NCBI RefSeq assembly: GCF_007748075.1
Contig: NZ_CP036280.1
Span: forward strand, 660,001-692,000
Length of the DNA stretch: 32,000 nt
Reading direction: 5' to 3'
Source of the DNA: Mucisphaera calidilacus
GTDB lineage: Bacteria > Planctomycetota > Phycisphaerae > Phycisphaerales > Phycisphaeraceae
Positions 7,601 through 15,472 of this stretch are shown piece after piece. The notes beneath the pieces were generated by a model. That model was given only the letters and a program-made list of their open reading frames with translations. It was not told the origin of the DNA and ran no database searches. The position numbers and the translations under genes were made by a program. Each line of letters opens with the position of its first letter. Position 1 is the first letter of the stretch.

Positions 7601-8602
7601 TTAATCCTCTGATCCACAGGTTCGGCGCGGTACGAAGCGTGTGCGGACGATGGGGTCCCAGTCGTCCGGGGGTGACTCGCCACGGATCTGCATGACGGCG
7701 GCCTCGACGGCTTTGGCGCCGAATTCCTGCATGGGTACGTGGACGGTGCTGAGGCCGAGGTGTCGTGCGACCGGCTCGTCGTCGAAGCCGACGATGCGGA
7801 CGTCGTCGGGGACGCGGAGGCCGGCGACGCGTAGGGCGTCCATGGCGCCGAGGGCCATGCGGTCGTTGAGTGCGAAGATGGCCTGGGGCATGCGTTGACC
7901 GGCTTCGAGGCGTGTCCTGACGGCGTCGAAGCCGCTGTCTTCGCGAAAGGTGCCGTGCCAGAGCGAGCTGGCGTGCAGTTTGACGCCTGCTTCGCGTGCG
8001 GCCTGTCGGCAGCCGGAGATGCGCAGGCGTGAGTCGGTGGAGTCCTTGGGTCCGGTGATGATGGCGACGTCGCGCACGCCACAGGGCCCGAGCAGGTGCT
8101 GCATGGCCTGGTAGGCGCCGGTCTTGTTGTCGATGGCGACGACCATGCCCGAGTCGTTGTCGGCGGGTCGGTCCATGAGGACGACGGGGACGCGCGTGGT
8201 GTCGAGGTTGTCGAGCAGTTCGCCGGGGAGCTGGAGGTTCATGACGATGAGTGCGTCGACGCGTCGCTCCATGACGTACTGGCGGACGAGTCGGACGCCG
8301 TCGGTGGTGCTGTGCCCGAAGGCGAAGACGACCTCGTAGTCCTGCTCGCCGGCGTGGGCGCTGATGCCCTTGAGGACTTCGGTGTAGAAGCCGCTGTCGA
8401 GGTCGGGGAAGACGACGCCAAGGGTTTTGGTGGCGTGTCGGGCGAGGGCACGGGCGGCGTAGCTGGGCGCGTAGTTGAGTTCTTTGATGGCTTCGAGGAC
8501 GCGTTGTCGCGTGGGTTCGGAGACGGTGGCGGTGCCGTTGAGCACGCGTGAGACGGTGGCGATGGAGACCCCCGCGCGTTTACCGACCTGCTCCAGACTC
8601 AC
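7601..8602 (-). CDS. LacI-family transcriptional regulator
   Basis: The N-terminal helix-turn-helix SLEQVGKRAGVSIATVSRVLNG...TRQRVLEAIKELNYAPSYAARALA is followed by a periplasmic-binding-protein-like sugar domain (VVFPDLDSGFYTEVLKGI..., VPVVLMDR, FALNDRMALGAM, IVGFDD). GTG start. Confidence 0.9.
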   Translation of the reverse strand: MSLEQVGKRAGVSIATVSRVLNGTATVSEPTRQRVLEAIKELNYAPSYAARALARHATKTLGVVFPDLDSGFYTEVLKGISAHAGEQDYEVVFAFGHSTTDGVRLVRQYVMERRVDALIVMNLQLPGELLDNLDTTRVPVVLMDRPADNDSGMVVAIDNKTGAYQAMQHLLGPCGVRDVAIITGPKDSTDSRLRISGCRQAAREAGVKLHASSLWHGTFREDSGFDAVRTRLEAGQRMPQAIFALNDRMALGAMDALRVAGLRVPDDVRIVGFDDEPVARHLGLSTVHVPMQEFGAKAVEAAVMQIRGESPPDDWDPIVRTRFVPRRTCGSED

Positions 8603-8659
8603 CAGTTTGACCTCTGCGTGGTGGAAGGTGTGTGAATCGTTGGCCTCCGGGCGGCCCTG

Positions 8660-8673
8660 CGAAAGCGCTTACA
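8660..8673. promoter_or_regulatory. LacI-type operator candidate, site D (CGAAAGCGCTTACA), in the divergent promoter region
   Basis: Lies between the lacI-family start (8602) and the divergent glycosidase start (8736). A perfect 8-bp palindrome TAACGTTA follows 8 nt downstream at 8681-8688. Confidence 0.5.
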
Positions 8674-8735
8674 TCAGGAGTAACGTTAACACGCGGCAGG
8701 GTTTTCGCCAAGTAAAAAGTCGCGACAATCGGGGC

Positions 8736-9611
8736 ATGAAGCGTGACTGCGTTCCACGACTGTCGGCGTTGCGTCCTGTTTATGATCCCTCGCCCTCGGC
8801 GGACGAGCCGTGGTACATCAACGATCACGCCATCATCCGCGACCGGGCTGGCGTGTGGCACATGATCGGGATCACGCATCGTGAGCCGGCCGACCCGTTT
8901 CGGGAGGTTGATTTTGCTCATGCGACGGCGCCGAGCGTGACTGGCCCGTGGCGTCGTGAGGCACACGCGTTGACGGCTGATCCGGAGGCTGGCGAGACGC
9001 ACCTGTGGGCGCCGCACATCATTCATCACGAGGGGCATTACTGGATGTTCTACTGCGCGGGTGGTGAGGATCACACGCGTTATCGTCTGCACCTGGCGAC
9101 TTCGGAAGATCTTTTTTCGTGGGAGCGACACGCCGGCAATCCGCTGATCGTTGATGGGTTTGATGCGCGGGACCCGATGGTCTGCCGGACGGGTGACTGC
9201 TGGACGATGTACTACACGGGCACGGAGCGTCCGGAGGGTGGTCGCCACGCCGTGTTGGCCGCAACTTCGACGGATCTGATTCGGTGGAGCGGGCGGCGGG
9301 TGGTGTTCTGTGATGAGCGGTCGGGGACGTTCGGCGGGCCGTGCGAGTCGCCTTTTGTTCTGGAGCGTGGCGGCTGGTGGTATTTGTTTATCGGCCCGCG
9401 GCAGTTGGGTGAGGCGGGTGAGGATCCGTACAACACCACGGGTGTGTATCGGAGCGGGGATCCGCACGCGTTTGCGGAGGACCAGCGGGTGGCGATGCTG
9501 CCGGCGCACGCGGCGGAGGTCGTGCGTGACGGCGAGCGGTGGTACATCACGCACTGCGGGTGGGGGCAGGGCGGGCTGCACCTTGCGGAGCTGGTCTGGG
9601 GTAAGGGTTAG
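8736..9611 (+). CDS. Cytoplasmic five-bladed beta-propeller glycoside hydrolase (GH43/GH32 superfamily; family not resolved)
   Basis: From ORF 8475..9611, trimmed to ATG 8736 because the upstream part overlaps the lacI-family gene. Motifs are WYINDHAII, HLWAPHIIHHEGHYWMFY, ARDPMV, TSTDLIRWS and PCESPFVLERGGWWYLF. This gives the Asp / (R)DP / Glu-x-Pro triad spacing typical of GH43/32-type propellers. No signal peptide. Confidence 0.6.
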   Translation: MKRDCVPRLSALRPVYDPSPSADEPWYINDHAIIRDRAGVWHMIGITHREPADPFREVDFAHATAPSVTGPWRREAHALTADPEAGETHLWAPHIIHHEGHYWMFYCAGGEDHTRYRLHLATSEDLFSWERHAGNPLIVDGFDARDPMVCRTGDCWTMYYTGTERPEGGRHAVLAATSTDLIRWSGRRVVFCDERSGTFGGPCESPFVLERGGWWYLFIGPRQLGEAGEDPYNTTGVYRSGDPHAFAEDQRVAMLPAHAAEVVRDGERWYITHCGWGQGGLHLAELVWGKG

Positions 9612-9623
9612 GTTGTCGGCGTT

Positions 9624-10334
9624 TTATTGCAGCCAGGCGACCTTGCCGGTGGCGAGGTCGTAGACCCCCCCGACGATCATGAGTTCGCCGGACGCGACGC
9701 GGGTCTCGAGGACCGAACTGCGTGCGGTGAGGTCGTTGATGGTCTGTCGGACGTTGGTTTCGACGACGGCGTTGACGAATTGGGTGTTTGCGACATCGCG
9801 CATGCCCTGGGCGGGCGTGGCATCGATCGCGGGCGAGATCTCGGCGAGCAGGGCGGTGAGGTTGCCCAGTCTGGCGTCGGCGATAGCGCCTTTGACGGCA
9901 CCGCAGGAGGTGTGGCCGAGGACCACGATGAGGGGCGTGCCGGCCAGTTCGGTCGCGAATTCGAAGCTGCCGATCATGGCCACGTCTTCGACGTTGCCGG
10001 CGACGCGGCCGACGAAGACGTCGCCGATGCCCTGATCGAACACGGCTTCGACGGGCACGCGTGAATCGAGGCAGCTGAGGATGACGGCCTTGGGGTACTG
10101 GCCCTCGCTGGCGGTGGTTCGGGCCTGCGCGAGGTAGTCGTACTTCGTGTCCGAGCCGGCGGCGAAGCGCTGGTTGCCTGCCTTGAGGTCCTGATAGGCC
10201 TGGGCGGGTGTCATGTCTGCCTGCGCGGGCTTGGTCATCACGGTGCTGTCGGCTTGATGAAGCTTGGAGTACTTGCCGCAGCCTGTGATCAGTGTCGTGC
10301 AGAGTGCCAGTGCGATTGCGAAGCGGGCCAGCAT
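9624..10334 (-). CDS. Beta-class carbonic anhydrase with a lipoprotein signal peptide
   Basis: CLDSRVPVEAVFDQGIGDVFVGRVAGN and VLGHTSCGAVKGA supply the Cys-Asp-Arg / His-x-x-Cys zinc ligands of beta-carbonic anhydrases. Start placed at ATG 10334 (AAGGA 7 nt upstream), giving MLARFAIALALCTTLITGC with an ITGC lipobox. An alternative ATG is at 10361. Confidence 0.85.
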   Translation of the reverse strand: MLARFAIALALCTTLITGCGKYSKLHQADSTVMTKPAQADMTPAQAYQDLKAGNQRFAAGSDTKYDYLAQARTTASEGQYPKAVILSCLDSRVPVEAVFDQGIGDVFVGRVAGNVEDVAMIGSFEFATELAGTPLIVVLGHTSCGAVKGAIADARLGNLTALLAEISPAIDATPAQGMRDVANTQFVNAVVETNVRQTINDLTARSSVLETRVASGELMIVGGVYDLATGKVAWLQ

Positions 10335-10524
10335 GATTATTCCTTTCTGGTCAGCGGTCATGTGAAGAAAAATATTAGGTGCCTGGCGATGGTCTGGCAG
10401 GTCATCGTGATCGGAACAGGTTTTTTGGCGGCCGGGCGGTTTCGATATGGCCGGAGCGTGCCTGTTCGGCGGGTGGGTTACCTATGCTTGCTGATGCAGA
10501 TACTTGCTCACGAAGGGACGGCCG

Positions 10525-11496
10525 ATGAAAGTTGCTGTTTATAGTGCTCGGAAGTACGACACCGATGCTCTGACGCGGGCGAATGAAGCGGAGGGGAACC
10601 CGCACGCGTTGGTGTTTCATGACATCCAGCTGACGCCTAACACCGTACGTGTGGCGGAGGGGTCGGAGGCGGTGTGCGTCTTCGTGAATGATGACGTGGG
10701 GCGTGAGACGCTGCGGTTGATGTCAGACATGGGGATCCGTGCGGTGGCGACGCGGTCGGCGGGTCGGAACCACATCGATGCGGAAGCTGCGGACGAGTTG
10801 GGTATTGAGGTGCGCAGCGTGCCGGCCTATTCGCCGCATGGCGTGGCGGAGTATGCGGTTGCGTTGATGCTGACGCTGAACCGGAAGATTCATCGGGCGT
10901 TCAACCGTGTGCGTGAGGGGAACTTCGCGTTGGACGGTCTGCTCGGGTTTGACATGCATGGCAAGACCGTGGGCGTGGTGGGCACGGGGCTGATCGGTGC
11001 GTGCGTGTGCAGGATCCTGCTCGGCATGGGCTGCCGGGTGCTCGCGTATGACGTTCGTGCTCAGCAGTCGCTGGAGCGTGCGGGGGTGGTGTACATGCCG
11101 TTGGAGGAGATGCTGCCGCAGTGCGACATCCTGACGCTTCACTGCCCGCTGCTGGATGCGACGCGGAATCTGATCGACGCGGAGGCGATCGAGCGTATGC
11201 CCGATCACGCGATGCTGATCAATACCTCGCGAGGCGGGTTAATGGACACGGGCGCGGCTTACGCCGCGTTGCGTGCAGGTCGGCTCGGGTCTCTGGGAAT
11301 TGATGTTTACGAGGAGGAGTCGGAGCTGTTTTTCGAGGATCGGTCGGACACGGGGTTGACGGACGAGTTGTTGGCGCGGCTGGTGGCCTTGCCTCAGGCG
11401 CTGGTGACGGGGCACCAGGCATTTTTCACGAGTGAGGCGCTGGAGAAGATCGCGGAGATCACGATCCGTAATCTGTCGGACATGGCTGGGCGGTGA
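10525..11496 (+). CDS. ldhA: D-lactate dehydrogenase (D-isomer-specific 2-hydroxyacid dehydrogenase)
   Basis: MKVAVYSARKYDTDAL...AVCVFVNDD...GKTVGVVGTGLIGA...TSRGGL...LGIDVYEEESELFFED...VTGHQAFFT appears collinear with E. coli LdhA along its length, from memory. Start is ATG 10525 with AAGGGA upstream. Confidence 0.85.
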   Translation: MKVAVYSARKYDTDALTRANEAEGNPHALVFHDIQLTPNTVRVAEGSEAVCVFVNDDVGRETLRLMSDMGIRAVATRSAGRNHIDAEAADELGIEVRSVPAYSPHGVAEYAVALMLTLNRKIHRAFNRVREGNFALDGLLGFDMHGKTVGVVGTGLIGACVCRILLGMGCRVLAYDVRAQQSLERAGVVYMPLEEMLPQCDILTLHCPLLDATRNLIDAEAIERMPDHAMLINTSRGGLMDTGAAYAALRAGRLGSLGIDVYEEESELFFEDRSDTGLTDELLARLVALPQALVTGHQAFFTSEALEKIAEITIRNLSDMAGR

Positions 11497-11505
11497 TGGG
11501 GATGG

Positions 11506-11529
11506 TGCAGGGTCGTGGTTTACCCTGCA
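11506..11529 (+). terminator. Candidate terminator hairpin after ldhA
   Basis: Perfect 8-bp stem TGCAGGGT / ACCCTGCA with loop CGTGGTTT, 10 nt after the ldhA stop. No clear T-run follows. Confidence 0.4.
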
Positions 11530-11582
11530 GCTACGCTTGGGGCGATGACCTGAAGATCCCCGGAGCATTTGTTGATCAGCAA

Positions 11583-11655
<73 letters not shown>

Positions 11656-11687
11656 GGCACTGGCGACGGTTGGTCGCCGGACCGCAT

Positions 11688-11716
11688 ATCTTAATACCAG
11701 TTTTCCGGCTCGCCAA
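11688..11716 (-). promoter_or_regulatory. Candidate sigma70-like promoter for tRNA-Lys (TTGGCG-N17-TAAGAT)
   Basis: On the minus strand, TTGGCG (11716-11711) is followed by a 17-nt spacer and TAAGAT (11693-11688). The -10 element ends 32 nt before the mature tRNA 5' end. Confidence 0.3.
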
Positions 11717-11756
11717 GTCGCCGTCGGAGGAGCGCCCCGACGGGCATTGGCGTAGT

Positions 11757-12710
11757 ATGTCGGCCATGCACCGATGGCTCGTGATCATCATCATCCTGCT
11801 GGGTCTGGCTCCCGCTGCGACGGCGCAGACGCGTTATGAGCTGGACGAGCGGGGCGAGCTTGTGGAGTTGCCTGGGCCTGAGCGGGGCAGCCCGGCGTGG
11901 GAGCTGGAGCAGATCCGGTCGTTGATCGCGGAGGGCGAGGGCAAGAAGGCGCGCAAACAGGCGGAGGCGTGGATCAAGCGTCATCCGAATCACCCGCTGG
12001 TGATTCAGGCCCGTTTGCTGCGGGGCGACGCGTGGGTCGCTCAGGAGCGTTATTACAAGGCGTTGTTTGACTACGAGTATGTGGCACGGGTCTATCCGGG
12101 CACGGAGGAGTTTTTCACGGCGCTGGAGCGGGAGTTCGAGATCGCCCGTTTGTTCGTCAACGGGATGAAGCGGCGGCTGTTCGGGCTGCGGCTGCTGCCG
12201 GCGGACGGCGAGGGCGAGGAGCTGCTGATCCGGATTCAGGAGCGTGTGCCGGGCAGCGATCTGGGCGAGCGGGCGTCGCTGATGCTGGCGGATTACTACT
12301 ACGACAACGCGGAGATGTTCCTGGCCTCGGAGGCGTACGACATCTTTCTGGAGAATTATCCGGAGTCGACGCGTCGGGAGTGGGCGTTGCTGCGTCTGGT
12401 GCTGGCGAACCTTGCGCGGTTCAAGGGCCCGCGTTATGACGCGACGGGTCTGCTGGAGGCGCGGGAGCGGATTCGGCTTTACGTCGTGGAGTATCCGGCT
12501 GCAGCGGAGCGGTCGGGGATTGATGCGTTGCTGCTGCGTGTGAATGCGTCGCTGGCGGCGTCGGATTATGAGAACGGGCGGTGGTACGAGCGGCGGGGCG
12601 AGCGAGTTTCGGCCATCGCCATCTACCAGCGTCTGATCCGCGAGCACCCGCAGACCGAGGCGGCCCGTGACGCCCACGAGCGTCTGCAGACGATCGGCAC
12701 CCGCCCCTGA
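11757..12710 (+). CDS. BamD-like TPR outer-membrane assembly factor (secreted)
   Basis: Signal peptide MSAMHRWLVIIIILLGLAPAATAQ. Repeated 'aromatic-x-x-A...F..F...YP.(S/T)' TPR pattern: FDYEYVARVYPGTEEF, AYDIFLENYPESTRREWA, YVVEYPAAAER. C-terminal LAASDYENGRWYERRGERVSAIAIYQRLIREHPQTEAA resembles the BamD/YfiO C-terminus. Start ATG 11757. Confidence 0.55.
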   Translation: MSAMHRWLVIIIILLGLAPAATAQTRYELDERGELVELPGPERGSPAWELEQIRSLIAEGEGKKARKQAEAWIKRHPNHPLVIQARLLRGDAWVAQERYYKALFDYEYVARVYPGTEEFFTALEREFEIARLFVNGMKRRLFGLRLLPADGEGEELLIRIQERVPGSDLGERASLMLADYYYDNAEMFLASEAYDIFLENYPESTRREWALLRLVLANLARFKGPRYDATGLLEARERIRLYVVEYPAAAERSGIDALLLRVNASLAASDYENGRWYERRGERVSAIAIYQRLIREHPQTEAARDAHERLQTIGTRP

Positions 12711-12728
12711 TGACGGTTGAAGGGATTG

Positions 12729-13247
12729 ATGACGCACATGCTGACACGTTGCCTGGCACTTGTTCTCCTGCTGATCACCGGCCTGAGCGGCGGATGTGCG
12801 CTCAAGTATGACGCTGGGGAGGCGTTTGACCCCGAGGTTCGGACGATCGCGGTGGCGACGTTCGAGAACCGGACTTTTTTGCGTGAGATCGAGCAGGACC
12901 TGGCCCGCGCGTTGATCGCGGAGGTTCAGAAGCGGACGCCTTACCGGATCACGACGCCTGCTGCGGCGGACACGATCCTGCAGGGGACGGTGGTTTCGGC
13001 GGACCGTGTGCAGCTGAGCCGGGTGTCGGGCGTGGGGGTTCCTCAGGAGCTGGAGCTGCGGGTGGCGGTTGATTTCGAGTGGCGTGACTTGCGCGACGGC
13101 AACCAGCGTGCCTCGGTGGCGGGACTGCGGGACGCGGGGCGTCAGGTGGCGACCCAGCCTGCGGGTGAGCGTCTGGACGTGGCCCGGAACACGGTCGCGG
13201 AGAATCTGGCCCGAAAGATCGTCTCGGAGATGCGATCCGACTGGTGA
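12729..13247 (+). CDS. LptE-like LPS-assembly lipoprotein
   Basis: Signal sequence ending LLLITGLSGGC. The mature part, IAVATFENRTFLREIEQDLARALIAEVQKRTPYRI...ILQGTV...LELRVAVDFEW, matches the LptE/RlpB pattern. Start ATG 12729 with AAGGGA upstream. Lies directly downstream of the BamD-like gene. Confidence 0.55.
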   Translation: MTHMLTRCLALVLLLITGLSGGCALKYDAGEAFDPEVRTIAVATFENRTFLREIEQDLARALIAEVQKRTPYRITTPAAADTILQGTVVSADRVQLSRVSGVGVPQELELRVAVDFEWRDLRDGNQRASVAGLRDAGRQVATQPAGERLDVARNTVAENLARKIVSEMRSDW

Positions 13248-13411
13248 TCCGGCACGTACCGTACCTTTCCGGACTCTGGGTCGGTCCACCGCGTCATCGA
13301 CCGATGATAAGGTAGGCCGCTGCCGGGCCGAGTCCCCGGGACGATCCCGCCGACGACGCGGGACCGGCGCTATGATGCTGGGATTGAACCTCCCCACCGC
13401 AAAGGAAACGG

Positions 13412-15457
13412 ATGGCCGATCAGGACCCGAAGCCCGATAAGCGCGACAGCGACGACAATCGCAGGGACGATCAGAACCAGACGCCCGGCGGTCAGAAGCC
13501 GCCGAGCATGATGTCTCGCGGAGCGTTCATGTGGATCATGATCGTGGCGCTGGGCATCACATTCCTGTTGCTGATGTTCAGCGTGCCGAATCAGGCTCGT
13601 GAGATCAGCTGGGAGGAGTTCAAGTCGCTGGCCGAGGCTCAGCAGTTTGAAGAGCCGGTCGTCATTCACAACACGAAGATTGTGGGCAAGGTGAGGCCGG
13701 ACGCGCCGGGGGTGACGGGCGAGGCGGACACCCGGATGCGTCAGACGACGATCACGCCGGACACGAAGGCGTACCGTCTGCACGTGCTCTCGCAGGAGTT
13801 GGGTCAGGACACCAAGGAGCAGGTGGACAACAACATCCTGCTCGACATCCTGATCAACTGGGCTCCCTTCTTCATCATTCTGTTGTTGGTCTACTTCATC
13901 CTGATCCGGCCCATGCGGGCCGGTGGTGGCGGCGGCGGGATGCTCGGCGGGTTCGGGCGTTCGCGTCACAAGGTCATGACCAAGGAGCACTCGACGGTCC
14001 GGCTGACGGACGTCGCGGGCATTGATGAGGCGAAGGACGAGGTGACCGAGGTCATCGAGTTCCTGAAGAACCCGAAGAAGTTTCAGCGGCTGGGCGGTCG
14101 TGTGCCGCGAGGCGTGCTGCTGATTGGTTCGCCCGGTTGCGGCAAGACGCTGCTGGCCAAGGCGGTGGCGGGTGAGGCGGACGTTCCGTTCTTCTCGATC
14201 TCCGGTTCGGACTTCGTTGAGATGTTCGTGGGTGTGGGTGCGAGTCGCGTGCGTGACCTGTTCAAGCAGGCGAAGGACTCGTCGCCCTGCATCATCTTCC
14301 TGGACGAGATTGATGCGGTCGGCCGCCGGCGTGGCTCGGGGTTCAGTTCGGGCGGTCACGACGAGCGTGAGCAGACGCTTAACGCGATCCTGGTCGAGAT
14401 GGACGGCTTCGAGTCGTCGGATCAGATCATCGTGATTGCGGCGACCAACCGTGCCGATGTTCTGGACCCGGCGTTGATTCGTCCGGGCCGATTCGACCGC
14501 CAGATCCAGGTTCCTCTGCCGGACGTCGCGGGGCGTCTGGAGATCCTGAAGGTCCACGCCGAGCGGATCAAGACCGCGGAGCATGTCGATCTCGAGAAGA
14601 TTGCACGGGGTACGCCGATGTTCTCGGGTGCTGACCTGTCGGCGATCATCAACGAGGCGGCGATCGCGGCGACGATGCAGGGCAAGGATTTTGTCGAGCA
14701 CGCCGACCTTGAGGAAGCCCGTGACAAGGTGCGTTGGGGTCGGTCGCGCAAGAGCGCACGTCTCGAAGAGGACGAGAAGCGCGTGATTGCTTATCACGAG
14801 GCCGGTCACGCCGTAGTGATGCATTACGATCCGGATGCGGAGCCGCTGCACAAGGTGACGATCATCCCGCGTGGGCCTTCGCTCGGCTCGACGTACATGC
14901 TGCCGGAGAAGGACAAGCACATTCTCTCGAAGAAGCAGTTGCTCGGTCACATGCGTGTCGCTTTCGGCGGTCGTATCGCGGAGGAGATGTTCACGGGCGA
15001 CCAGTACAACGGCACGGCGGGTGATATCCGTCAGGTGTCCGAGATCGCCCAGGCGATGATCACGGAGTACGGGATGTCCCAGCGTCTGGGGTTCAGGCTC
15101 TACGGTCACGACGAGGGCAAGAATCCGTGGGAGCAGCCGGACCGGCTCTATTCCGACGACACGGCCAAGACGATTGATGAAGAGGTCAAGTCGCTGATCG
15201 ACAAGACCTACAACGAGGCCAAGACCCTGATCGAGACGCACCGCGACCAGACCGAGGCGTTGGCCGAGGCGCTGATCAAGTACGAGACGCTGAACGCCGA
15301 GGAAGTGCAGAAGGTTTTCGATGGTCAGCCGCTGGCCCGCAAGTCGGTGAGTGATGTGATCAAGGCGGAGCAGCAGCGTGATGACACGAAGGAGTCGGCT
15401 TCGGCGAAGCCGTCCGAGCCGGACATGCCGCACGGCGGGATGCCCTCGCCGGCGTGA
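13412..15457 (+). CDS. ftsH: ATP-dependent zinc metalloprotease FtsH
   Basis: AAA+ Walker [19 protein letters not shown], Walker [10 protein letters not shown], second region of homology [20 protein letters not shown], and zinc site HEAGHAV. Two N-terminal transmembrane segments. AAAGGAAACGG lies upstream of the ATG. Confidence 0.97.
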   Translation: MADQDPKPDKRDSDDNRRDDQNQTPGGQKPPSMMSRGAFMWIMIVALGITFLLLMFSVPNQAREISWEEFKSLAEAQQFEEPVVIHNTKIVGKVRPDAPGVTGEADTRMRQTTITPDTKAYRLHVLSQELGQDTKEQVDNNILLDILINWAPFFIILLLVYFILIRPMRAGGGGGGMLGGFGRSRHKVMTKEHSTVRLTDVAGIDEAKDEVTEVIEFLKNPKKFQRLGGRVPRGVLLIGSPGCGKTLLAKAVAGEADVPFFSISGSDFVEMFVGVGASRVRDLFKQAKDSSPCIIFLDEIDAVGRRRGSGFSSGGHDEREQTLNAILVEMDGFESSDQIIVIAATNRADVLDPALIRPGRFDRQIQVPLPDVAGRLEILKVHAERIKTAEHVDLEKIARGTPMFSGADLSAIINEAAIAATMQGKDFVEHADLEEARDKVRWGRSRKSARLEEDEKRVIAYHEAGHAVVMHYDPDAEPLHKVTIIPRGPSLGSTYMLPEKDKHILSKKQLLGHMRVAFGGRIAEEMFTGDQYNGTAGDIRQVSEIAQAMITEYGMSQRLGFRLYGHDEGKNPWEQPDRLYSDDTAKTIDEEVKSLIDKTYNEAKTLIETHRDQTEALAEALIKYETLNAEEVQKVFDGQPLARKSVSDVIKAEQQRDDTKESASAKPSEPDMPHGGMPSPA

Positions 15458-15472
15458 GGAACGATTCGAGGC

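Noticed and set aside
8475-8735. N-terminal extension of the glycosidase ORF (start at 8475 in the ORF track).
   Set aside because: It would overlap the first roughly 40 codons of the divergent LacI-family gene and the shared promoter and operator region. The ATG at 8736 gives a normal-length propeller protein.
13294-13307. Palindrome TCATCGACCGATGA in the lptE-ftsH spacer.
   Set aside because: It is short (6-bp arms, 2-nt centre) and occurs once, so it is within chance expectation for a 164-nt spacer. Noted but not pursued.
11691-13397. 568-aa minus-strand ORF spanning the BamD-like and LptE-like genes.
   Set aside because: The Arg/Pro/Gln-rich product crosses an intergenic gap and two plus-strand genes that have signal peptides and family-like patterns, so it is a spurious antisense frame.
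13370-15433. 687-aa minus-strand ORF antisense to ftsH.
   Set aside because: It mirrors the unambiguous FtsH CDS, and its product is Arg/Leu/Val-rich with no recognisable motif. GC-rich genes commonly leave the antisense frame open.
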